Shown: positions 8,635 through 16,037 of the stretch, in pieces | How the letters are laid out: every line of letters begins with the position of its first letter | Position numbering within the stretch: the first letter of the stretch is position 1 | Assembly: GCA_002813105.2 (NCBI GenBank) | Contig: CP017966.2 | Span: forward strand, 728,312-760,311 | Reading direction: 5' to 3' | Origin: Methanosarcinales archaeon Met12 | GTDB lineage: Archaea; Halobacteriota; UBA148; JAJOKI01 | Length of the DNA: 32,000 nt | Program-made: the position numbers and the translations under genes | The notes under the pieces: model-generated | Databases searched by the model: none | Seen by the model: the letters and a program-made list of their open reading frames with translations, nothing else | What the model was told of the DNA's origin: nothing

Positions 8635-8670
8635 TGGTTATATTAACCATCCCTATGGTTAAGTTAACCA
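8635..8670. promoter_or_regulatory. two 15-bp palindromic operator-like sites in the divergent corrinoid control region
   Basis: TGGTTA-TAT-TAACCA lies at 8635-8649 and TGGTTAA-G-TTAACCA at 8656-8670, 21 nt apart start to start. Site 1 overlaps a TATA-like TTAATATAA on the minus strand. Site 2 abuts the plus-strand TATA ATTTATA (8674-8680). Confidence 0.45.
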
Positions 8671-8691
8671 CCTATTTATAGATTATCATCC

Positions 8692-9582
8692 ATGCTTAAT
8701 ACTACAGCGATGCCGGCGATAGCGATTCATGGAACTACCTCTAATGCAGGAAAAACGATTATAGCGACCGCTCTCTGCAGAATATTTGCTGACAAGGGAT
8801 ACAGCGCGACCCCTTTCAAGGCGCAAAACATGTCGTTGAACTCGTACGTCACCAAAGATGGAGGGGAGATTGCCAGGGCGCAGGCATTGCAGGCGCATGC
8901 TGCCAGGATTGAGCCCACTGTCGACATAAACCCGATATTGTTGAAGCCAAAGGCAGAGCATGTTTCGCAGGTGGTCGTGCATGGCAGACCTTACGCTGAC
9001 ATGAATGTTGGTGAGTATCATGATTTTATCGAAAGACAGGGGCGCCAGATAGTCAAAACCTCTCTTGAATATCTGTTATCGGAGTATGATTTAGTCATCA
9101 TGGAAGGGGCGGGTAGTCCTGCGGAAATTAATATCATGCATCGGGATATCGTGAACATATATCCTGCTCGATTGGCTGAGGCAAAATGCATACTTGTTCA
9201 TAACATTGAGCACGGAGGATCATTCGCTTATCTGTTCGGCACGCTGGGACTCTTGGAAGATGAAAAAGAGCGATATGAAGGAGTCATAATCAATAAATTT
9301 CATGGCGAATCACTTGATACAAGTGATATTGAGAGAGTTATCGGCAAACCGGTTCTGGGCGTAGTTCCATATATCGAAGATTTAAATCTGCCAGAGGAAG
9401 ACTCACTGGGACTGAAAAATCATGATGGCCATTTTGACGCCCCACCTGTACGAAAAGCAATATTACAAGCCATGAAAAGACCCTCTAAAACAATTGAGCG
9501 AGATTTAGATGATGAGATAGATAGGCTGGCAAACATCGTTTCTGCGAGCGTGGATATTGAAAGGACAGAGGCAGCATTATGA
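8692..9582 (+). CDS. cobyric acid synthase (CobQ/CbiP) homologue lacking the glutamine amidotransferase domain
   Basis: 296 aa. AIHGTTSNAGKTIIATALCRIFADKGYSATPFKAQNMSLNSYVTKDGGEIARAQALQAHAARIEPTVDINPILLKP is the CobQ ATPase/substrate domain. After GVVPYIEDLNLPEEDSLGL the ~200-aa GATase domain is absent, and only a CobQ-like C-terminal tail follows. The true start may be Met7 (8710), because a TATA box lies at 8674-8680. Confidence 0.8.
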   Translation: MLNTTAMPAIAIHGTTSNAGKTIIATALCRIFADKGYSATPFKAQNMSLNSYVTKDGGEIARAQALQAHAARIEPTVDINPILLKPKAEHVSQVVVHGRPYADMNVGEYHDFIERQGRQIVKTSLEYLLSEYDLVIMEGAGSPAEINIMHRDIVNIYPARLAEAKCILVHNIEHGGSFAYLFGTLGLLEDEKERYEGVIINKFHGESLDTSDIERVIGKPVLGVVPYIEDLNLPEEDSLGLKNHDGHFDAPPVRKAILQAMKRPSKTIERDLDDEIDRLANIVSASVDIERTEAAL

Positions 9583-10022
9583 ATAATATCCTGTTCTTGG
9601 GGGCGAGTAAGGGATGCGGCAAAACTACAATAGTCAATGCACTTTACAGACTGTTCGGTCACAAAATCGACAAATCGCAGTTAAGATGCGAATGTGACGG
9701 CACCATCATAGAAGGGATTGGAGTTGCAGATGCGGATGCATCGCTCATCCTGATTGGAGATATCGAAAAAGGCGGCGTATTCGCCGGACTGTATGGAACA
9801 TACATATTGCTAAAAGGATTGCATATATCCGGATTTTTGATTAACAAGTTCAGGGGAGATCGTACAATTCTGGAGCCTGGGCTGAAATTCCTTGAGGATG
9901 AGACCGGGGTCCCTGTTCTCGGCGTCATTCCCTATATCAAAAATCCAGACGAATTTGTCAGAGCATTAAAAGAAAACGTTGATTTGGATGCAATATCGAG
10001 AATGCTGGGTGTAAGAATATGA
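9579..10022 (+). CDS. minimal CobQ-like P-loop protein (second truncated CobQ paralogue)
   Basis: 147 aa with an ATGA start/stop overlap with the upstream gene. It has P-loop GASKGCGKTT, and GDIEKGGVFAGLYGTYILL...GFLINKFRGDRTILEPGLKFLEDETGVPVLGVIPY matches the CobQ N-domain. Both the substrate-binding middle section and the GATase domain are missing. Confidence 0.6.
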   Translation: MNNILFLGASKGCGKTTIVNALYRLFGHKIDKSQLRCECDGTIIEGIGVADADASLILIGDIEKGGVFAGLYGTYILLKGLHISGFLINKFRGDRTILEPGLKFLEDETGVPVLGVIPYIKNPDEFVRALKENVDLDAISRMLGVRI

Positions 10023-11350
10023 GGGAACGCATCAGAGAAGAAGCGCTGAATCTAAAACGATGTGTACATGGGGGAAATAGTACAGACGACATAATCGATT
10101 TCAGTGCCAGCATCAACCCACTTGCGCCGCCAGATGCAACGGACATCGTGTTGGCTGCATATAAACGGATTGGGCATTATCCAGATGACCGATATACCGC
10201 ATTCAGGGAGGCTGCCGCGAACTTCGTTGGCGTAAGCGCAAATAATATAATCCCCGGAAACGGCTCCACGGAAATAATCAGGCTGTTTGCCGAAACCGTC
10301 ATCGAACGCGGCGACTGGGTGACCATCCCCTGCCCAACCTTTGGGGAATACGAATTTCAATCCAGATTATTTGGAGCAAGACCGCGATTCATTGAATATG
10401 AGAAGGTCAAAAATGGACAAATAAGTGATAGTGTATTAAAGGGTTCCAAGGCCCTTTGTATATGCAACCCAAACAACCCGACCGGCGACCTGCTTCCAAG
10501 GGATGTATTAACAGACCTGGCAACGAGGTGCTCAAAAAATAAGATATTTCTCTTCGTGGATGAGGCGTTCATCGAGCTATCCGACCCAGAGCAGAGCATC
10601 GCCGATGTCGCTGCGGAAAATGATTTCGTCTTCGTGCTTCGGTCGCTGACAAAGTGCTTTGCAGTGCCTGGAATCAGGATAGGATATGGCATCGGCTCAG
10701 TTAGATTGGTGGAATTGCTTGATAGGGCACGATTGCAATGGAATCTCAATATATTTGCCGATGTAATTGGCGTCCATCTTCTCAAAAATCCTGAATATCT
10801 GGAACGATCGCGTGAATTGATAAAAACCGAGCGAGAGTGGTTGATAAATCGATTGAGCAGTATAATAGGCATACGTCCCTTGCAGAGCAAGGCTAATTTC
10901 ATCTTGCTCGATATAAGTGGCACTGACCTCACATCACGTGAAATTACGCAGCGCATGCTCGAACATGGGATACAGGTCAGGGATTGTAGTTCGTTTAGGT
11001 CCCTTGGTGAAACCCATGTCAGGGTTGCCGTTAAAACAAGGGCTGAAAATGAGGGGCTCGCCACTGCCTTCAATCATGCCTTGGAACATGACCATCTTGG
11101 CTGTGAATATTATCCGTGCCATTTCGAGGGGCAGGACTGTACTTTCTGCTTCTGCCCGTTCTATTCATGCGAGGATGAGCGCCCTGGAAAATTTACGAAG
11201 AAATCATCTGGCGGTGTTGCATGGAGTTGTATTAACTGCAATATTATACACCAGCCAGATGTGGCGCAAGAGGTGCTGGACAGACTTCTCGCTGGTGATG
11301 AATTGAGCAAAGTCTGGAAAATCATAGAGAGGCGATTATGCACTGGATAA
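10019..11350 (+). CDS. cobD: L-threonine-O-3-phosphate decarboxylase (CobD, class I/II aminotransferase fold) with Cys-rich C-terminal domain
   Basis: 443 aa. HGGN...IDFSASINPLAPP, NPNNPTG and SLTKCFAVPGIRIGY (PLP Lys) are CobD/HisC-like. The last ~88 aa (from 11084) carry 8-9 Cys: GCEYYPCHFEGQDCTFCFCPFYSCED...WSCINCN. Confidence 0.85.
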   Translation: MRERIREEALNLKRCVHGGNSTDDIIDFSASINPLAPPDATDIVLAAYKRIGHYPDDRYTAFREAAANFVGVSANNIIPGNGSTEIIRLFAETVIERGDWVTIPCPTFGEYEFQSRLFGARPRFIEYEKVKNGQISDSVLKGSKALCICNPNNPTGDLLPRDVLTDLATRCSKNKIFLFVDEAFIELSDPEQSIADVAAENDFVFVLRSLTKCFAVPGIRIGYGIGSVRLVELLDRARLQWNLNIFADVIGVHLLKNPEYLERSRELIKTEREWLINRLSSIIGIRPLQSKANFILLDISGTDLTSREITQRMLEHGIQVRDCSSFRSLGETHVRVAVKTRAENEGLATAFNHALEHDHLGCEYYPCHFEGQDCTFCFCPFYSCEDERPGKFTKKSSGGVAWSCINCNIIHQPDVAQEVLDRLLAGDELSKVWKIIERRLCTG

Positions 11351-12300
11351 TTCTTGGTCTTGCGGCCATTATGGACTTGCTGTTCGGCGAACCCAATAAA
11401 ACGTTCCATCCGGTAGTCTGGATCGGTAAACTGATAGATGCCATACAAAGTCATCTCAAGAAAATGTTCGCTTACGCTCATATTTACTTGAGCCATACAA
11501 AGTTTCACTTTATATGCCAGGATAAATCAAAAATATCCGGTTGCATATTGGTGTTGATAGTCGTTGGCAGCGCTCTATTGGGAGGATATCTGGTCACCCT
11601 CGTGCATGGCTTCATCGGTTTGCTCGTATCCGCATACGTTCTAAAATCGACATTTTCCATTACATGCCTGACGGATACTGCGACGAAGATATGTGAACAT
11701 CTTGAGAAAGATGACCTCGTCAGTGCCAAAAAGGAGTTGCCTGCGCTGGTTGGGAGAGACCCTGAGGGACTTACAAGAGAGGAGATGTGTTCTGCTGTCA
11801 TAGAATCGACCGCAGAGAACTTCGTAGACGGAATACTGTCTCCAATATTTTACTTCGTGCTCTTTGGGTTACCGGGGGCATTGGGGTACAAGGCAATAAA
11901 CACCCTGGATTCCATGATTGGATACAGGAATCAGGGCGATTTTGGATGGGCTTCCGCAAGACTGGATGATGTAGCAAACTACATACCGGCAAGATTGTCA
12001 GTGCTTTTTATCACTATGGCGTCAGCTGTCCATGGTTCGCCCCTTTCCGCTCTGAGAACATCAAGACGGGACCATGGTCAAACCGCGAGTCCAAATTCTG
12101 GATGGCCAATGGCTGCGATGGCTGGAGCATTGAAGATATCCCTGAAAAAGCCGCTGTACCATACCATAGGGAGCGAGTTTGCATTACCCGAGCCACAACA
12201 AATAAGAGATGCAATTCAAATAACGAGGATATCGTCTATGATGCTCATCGTGTTATCCCTTCTCATCCTCTATTACGCAAAACTACCGCTGGTGATGTAA
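11338..12300 (+). CDS. cbiB: adenosylcobinamide-phosphate synthase
   Basis: 320 aa membrane protein. LLFGEPNKTFHPVVWIGKLI, DSMIGYRN and PNSGWPMAAMAGAL are CbiB/CobD-family blocks. Confidence 0.9.
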   Translation: MHWIILGLAAIMDLLFGEPNKTFHPVVWIGKLIDAIQSHLKKMFAYAHIYLSHTKFHFICQDKSKISGCILVLIVVGSALLGGYLVTLVHGFIGLLVSAYVLKSTFSITCLTDTATKICEHLEKDDLVSAKKELPALVGRDPEGLTREEMCSAVIESTAENFVDGILSPIFYFVLFGLPGALGYKAINTLDSMIGYRNQGDFGWASARLDDVANYIPARLSVLFITMASAVHGSPLSALRTSRRDHGQTASPNSGWPMAAMAGALKISLKKPLYHTIGSEFALPEPQQIRDAIQITRISSMMLIVLSLLILYYAKLPLVM

Positions 12301-13374
12301 ATGATGTTGAAGATTCCGATAGATGGGATTCGTGTGAGGGTAGAAGAGAAAACACTTGTGATAGAATCGGAGAGGCTTCTTTATATTCTAAGCTCTGCGG
12401 CATTAAATGGCGGTTTCAGCAGGGCGACGACGATAATAAACCACCAAGTTGGAAAAAACTTCAGTCTGGAACCCAGGGCAAAACTGGCACAAGTTATTAG
12501 AGGACTAAAATTACCAGAGTCTACAATAGGGCTGATGACTGCTACCAACGTGGATGATCCCGGAATAATTTTTGAAGAGGAGAGGGGTCTGGCTGTCTGT
12601 GCCATGGTTACTGCTGGCCTATCCAGTAATACGGTCAACACGATTCTATTGATAGACAGCGACCTGACGCCGTCGTGTATGGTAAACGCCGTAATCACCG
12701 CTACAGAAGGCAAATGTCTTGCCCTGCAGCTTTTAGGTGTGGAGGCAACTGGAACGTGCACGGACACGGTGACAATCGCCTTCACGGGCAAAGGCGAGAG
12801 AATAGAATATGCCGGAACTGCTACAACGCTTGGCAAGATGATTTACAATACTGTTAGGGAAGCTACGCTGCAGGCGCTCCAAAAACAAGAACAAATTACC
12901 GTAGACAGGCCCATCATGCAGAGGCTGGAAGAACTGGGAATAACACTTTCCAAGATTGTAGAGACTGCTCTGACATTCTTTGTCCCGCACCCAGGAATAG
13001 AGTCAGGTAGGGAGGCGAGGCAAATATTTGTAGATGAATTAAACAATGCGCTGGCAGACCCTAACGTGAGCGCTTTGATTTATGCAGGAATTACTCTCGA
13101 AAGAGATGCAAAAAGGGGCATGATTCCTGACCTCAAAGGATATGAAAATGACCTTGCAGCCCTCATTGCCGATGAAGTGTTGGGGATGAGCATTGCAAAT
13201 TACATAGGCGGATATAAGGGGCTGTTTGAGTATATCAGGTTTGATAAAGCAAAGCCGGGCATACTTACAGAGTTGGGTCCGTTTATGGACGATGTGATTG
13301 CTGGATTGATAGGCGGCGTCTCGGCGAAGATGTATGATGCGGGGATGAGGGCCAAGGAGGATAAAGATGAATGA
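12301..13374 (+). CDS. cbiZ: adenosylcobinamide amidohydrolase CbiZ fused to a PgpA-like (CobZ-type alpha-ribazole-phosphate phosphatase) domain
   Basis: 357 aa. The N-terminal ~200 aa (LSSAALNGGF...MTATNV...VNTILLID...TATEGK) are CbiZ-like. The C-terminal ~155 aa (from ~12901) carry LIADEVLGMSIANYIGG and FMDDVIAGLIGG, typical of the PgpA/CobZ family. Confidence 0.75.
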   Translation: MMLKIPIDGIRVRVEEKTLVIESERLLYILSSAALNGGFSRATTIINHQVGKNFSLEPRAKLAQVIRGLKLPESTIGLMTATNVDDPGIIFEEERGLAVCAMVTAGLSSNTVNTILLIDSDLTPSCMVNAVITATEGKCLALQLLGVEATGTCTDTVTIAFTGKGERIEYAGTATTLGKMIYNTVREATLQALQKQEQITVDRPIMQRLEELGITLSKIVETALTFFVPHPGIESGREARQIFVDELNNALADPNVSALIYAGITLERDAKRGMIPDLKGYENDLAALIADEVLGMSIANYIGGYKGLFEYIRFDKAKPGILTELGPFMDDVIAGLIGGVSAKMYDAGMRAKEDKDE

Positions 13375-14113
13375 CCTTCTTCATGCTATCAAAGCAGGCA
13401 TGGGTTTTCTAACGACTATTCCGGTTGGAATCGATATGGACGGTCTGCAGAAGCTTGGCAAACGCACATACCTGCTCCCCTTCATAGGCGCCCTCATTGG
13501 CCTGATAATCGGCAGCATAGGGCTTGCGCTTCAACACCTGCCGCCGTACCTATCCTTGGCATTACTCATCCTTGCCCTGTACTGCATTACGGGATTAAAC
13601 CATATGGATGGGCTGATGGATTTTGGAGATGCCATTACTGCGCACGGCACCCCGGAAGAAAGAATTAGGATTATGCATGATACGACCACCGGGGTTGGCG
13701 GCACTGTTTTTTGCGTAATGTCGTTGCTGATTCTGTTTTCAGCCATAGCTGCAATAGAGCAGAACCTGTTATTCGCTATCCTGATAGCAGAAATTAGCGC
13801 CAAACAATCCATGCTCACGGCAGCGATGTTCGGAAAGAGCATACACAAGGGACTGGGGTCGATATTCATCGACAATGTCAGACATCGTGATTTCTTGATT
13901 GGGCTGGTTTTTTCTTGTGCTATATGCTGGCTTGCGTTTGATGTGTTTGGCATTATCGCTCTATTATCTGCGCTATTGTCTGCGCTCGTGATAGTGCATA
14001 TCGCCAGCCGCAACTTCGGAGGAGTAAATGGCGACGTTCTCGGAGCAACCAATGAAGTGGGGCGCATAGCAGGACTGATTGCAATCGGAGTGATGACATG
14101 GATGCCCTTGTAA
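13367..14113 (+). CDS. cobS: adenosylcobinamide-GDP ribazoletransferase (cobalamin synthase)
   Basis: 248 aa polytopic membrane protein. FLTTIPVG, the HMDGLMDFGDA motif and GGVNGDVLGA are CobS signatures. Confidence 0.9.
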   Translation: MNDLLHAIKAGMGFLTTIPVGIDMDGLQKLGKRTYLLPFIGALIGLIIGSIGLALQHLPPYLSLALLILALYCITGLNHMDGLMDFGDAITAHGTPEERIRIMHDTTTGVGGTVFCVMSLLILFSAIAAIEQNLLFAILIAEISAKQSMLTAAMFGKSIHKGLGSIFIDNVRHRDFLIGLVFSCAICWLAFDVFGIIALLSALLSALVIVHIASRNFGGVNGDVLGATNEVGRIAGLIAIGVMTWMPL

Positions 14114-14727
14114 TGGCTGGCGGACCTGGAAATAGGCTGGGTGAAGGAGAAAAACCACTGATAAGTCTGTGCGGAAATCCAATGATATCGTACGTCTTGG
14201 ATGCGCTTCGGCAAAGCGATAAAGTCGATGAAATTTTTGTCGTAACCTCGCCGTATACGCCGGAAACAAGAAGGTGCCTGAAAGATAAGTTTCGTGTGAT
14301 TGAAGCAGGTGGCGTCGGATATGTATCTGACTTAGTGGAGGCGACCGAGTCCCTTGAATTAAAATCTCCATTCCTCATCGTAATGGCTGACCTGCCCCTT
14401 CTGAGCGCCAAGCTAATCGATGAAGTTATCGAGATATACTCAAAGATAACCAAGCCAGCGCTCTCCGTCTACGTCCCTCTTAGGGTTTGTAGAGAGGTCG
14501 GTGTACGCCCAGACATCGTGTTAAATAACAATGGTGAATTGACCGTGCCAGTAGGTGTGAACATCCTGGATGGGCGCCTGATAAGAGAGGAACAGGACGA
14601 ACATCGGCTTGTGCTTGCACAAAGGGAGCTGGCGGTCAATGTGAACACGGTCAATGATCTGGTGGTTTGCGAGAGAATTTTGAGTGCCAAAAAAGGTAAG
14701 AGAAGCCTTGGAGATAGCCAGCTTTGA
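14098..14727 (+). CDS. cobY: adenosylcobinamide-phosphate guanylyltransferase, archaeal type
   Basis: 209 aa. MDALVMAGGPGNRLG...EKPL is an NTP-transferase N-terminus. The gene overlaps the cobS stop and is last in the corrinoid operon, as expected for archaeal CobY. Confidence 0.8.
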   Translation: MDALVMAGGPGNRLGEGEKPLISLCGNPMISYVLDALRQSDKVDEIFVVTSPYTPETRRCLKDKFRVIEAGGVGYVSDLVEATESLELKSPFLIVMADLPLLSAKLIDEVIEIYSKITKPALSVYVPLRVCREVGVRPDIVLNNNGELTVPVGVNILDGRLIREEQDEHRLVLAQRELAVNVNTVNDLVVCERILSAKKGKRSLGDSQL

Positions 14728-14828
14728 CGAGGATATCCCTAAAGTTAACACTACAAATGATTAATCGTTAAGTATATAACTTAGCTGAATATATAACAAT
14801 AAATTCTGTTCTATGTGGGGCTTGATAC

Positions 14829-16037
14829 ATGAAGCAGATTACATCCATTGCAAAAATACCTGAAAAAGTGACGATCCCGTTGCAGCAACATGTTGGTGTG
14901 GAAAACAGATCTCTGGTAATTGTTGGCGACGTGGTGAAAGTTGGTCAAAAGATTGGCGAAAGCGAATCGGGCATTTCACCGGTCCACTCCAGCGTCTCTG
15001 GGAAGGTTATTGAAATTTCCAAGCATCCTCACCCTTTTTATGAAAACACCCCGACTATAATTATCGAGCCGAATGGGAAGGACTCCTCTATTGAATTCAA
15101 AGCAAAGGATTATTCTCGGCAGGGAAGGGAACAGATTATAGAAATCATAAAAGAGGCAGGAATCGTTGAGTCTGGCATCCCTGTTCACACCAAGTTGAAC
15201 CTGTCAGATGTGGTCATCTTGAACGGCATGGATGAACCCCCATACGTGGCGATGAACCATGCACTCATGCTGGATTTTCCTGACGAAATAATAGAAGGAT
15301 TAAAAATATTGATGAAAGCTACTGGAGCATCGCGTGGTCTTATCGGAATTGACATTAGGGATTCTGATGTAATCAATCGCATGAACAGGGCAGTGGTTGA
15401 CGACTCAAACATAGGAACGGTTTCGTTAAAAACCACGTATGTGCAGGGCATGGAGGGGCTTTTTGCCAAAGCCGTCGTCAGAAAGGAACTGTCGCATGGA
15501 CAGCAGATATCCAACGCCAGCACGATGACCGTTACCGTTGGAACTGCGAAGGTGGTGTATGATGCGGTGTGCACAGGCAAGCCCATGATCGAGACGGTCA
15601 TTACCGTTTTGGGGACAAAAAAATCACAAAACGTATTGGTGAAGATTGGAACTCCAGTGAGAGATGTAATCAGGCATTGTGGGGGCTATAGTGGTGAGCC
15701 AAAAAAGATCATCATCAACGGGCCGATGACAGGAATGGCCCAGTATACGGATGAGGTGCCAATCGTCAAGGGGACATATGGGGTATTCGTCCAGTATGAA
15801 GGGGACGTTTCAACAGTAGAGCCAGGACCATGCATCAATTGCGCCAAATGTATCGACGTATGCCCGGTGAATTTACTGCCGAACATGCTGGTAGCGTTTG
15901 CGGGTGATGCCAGGTTTGATATGTGCGAGAATTACAATATATCTGCCTGTGTGGAATGCGGCAAGTGTGCATATGTATGCCCGTCCAAGATACCAATAGT
16001 GCAACTGATAAAATACGCAAAGGGGTGGATTAAGTGA
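14829..16037 (+). CDS. rnfC: Rnf complex subunit C (divergent)
   Basis: 402 aa. It has the N-terminal RnfC barrel (IPLQQHVG...VHSSVSGKV) and two ferredoxin motifs, CINCAKCIDVCP and CVECGKCAYVCP. It is first in the gene order rnfCDGEAB. Confidence 0.85.
   Translation: MKQITSIAKIPEKVTIPLQQHVGVENRSLVIVGDVVKVGQKIGESESGISPVHSSVSGKVIEISKHPHPFYENTPTIIIEPNGKDSSIEFKAKDYSRQGREQIIEIIKEAGIVESGIPVHTKLNLSDVVILNGMDEPPYVAMNHALMLDFPDEIIEGLKILMKATGASRGLIGIDIRDSDVINRMNRAVVDDSNIGTVSLKTTYVQGMEGLFAKAVVRKELSHGQQISNASTMTVTVGTAKVVYDAVCTGKPMIETVITVLGTKKSQNVLVKIGTPVRDVIRHCGGYSGEPKKIIINGPMTGMAQYTDEVPIVKGTYGVFVQYEGDVSTVEPGPCINCAKCIDVCPVNLLPNMLVAFAGDARFDMCENYNISACVECGKCAYVCPSKIPIVQLIKYAKGWIK

Noticed and set aside
8597-8691. 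Cobalamin riboswitch upstream of the corrinoid operons.
   Set aside because: The region is only 95 nt, has no recognisable B12-box-like GCCACTG/AGYCMGG core, and is dominated by DNA palindromes overlapping TATA elements. Protein-mediated control is the better reading.
14728-14828. Direct repeat TATATAAC ... TATATAAC upstream of rnfC as a regulatory repeat.
   Set aside because: It is most simply two alternative TATA boxes in an A+T-rich promoter. It is too short and generic to claim as an operator.
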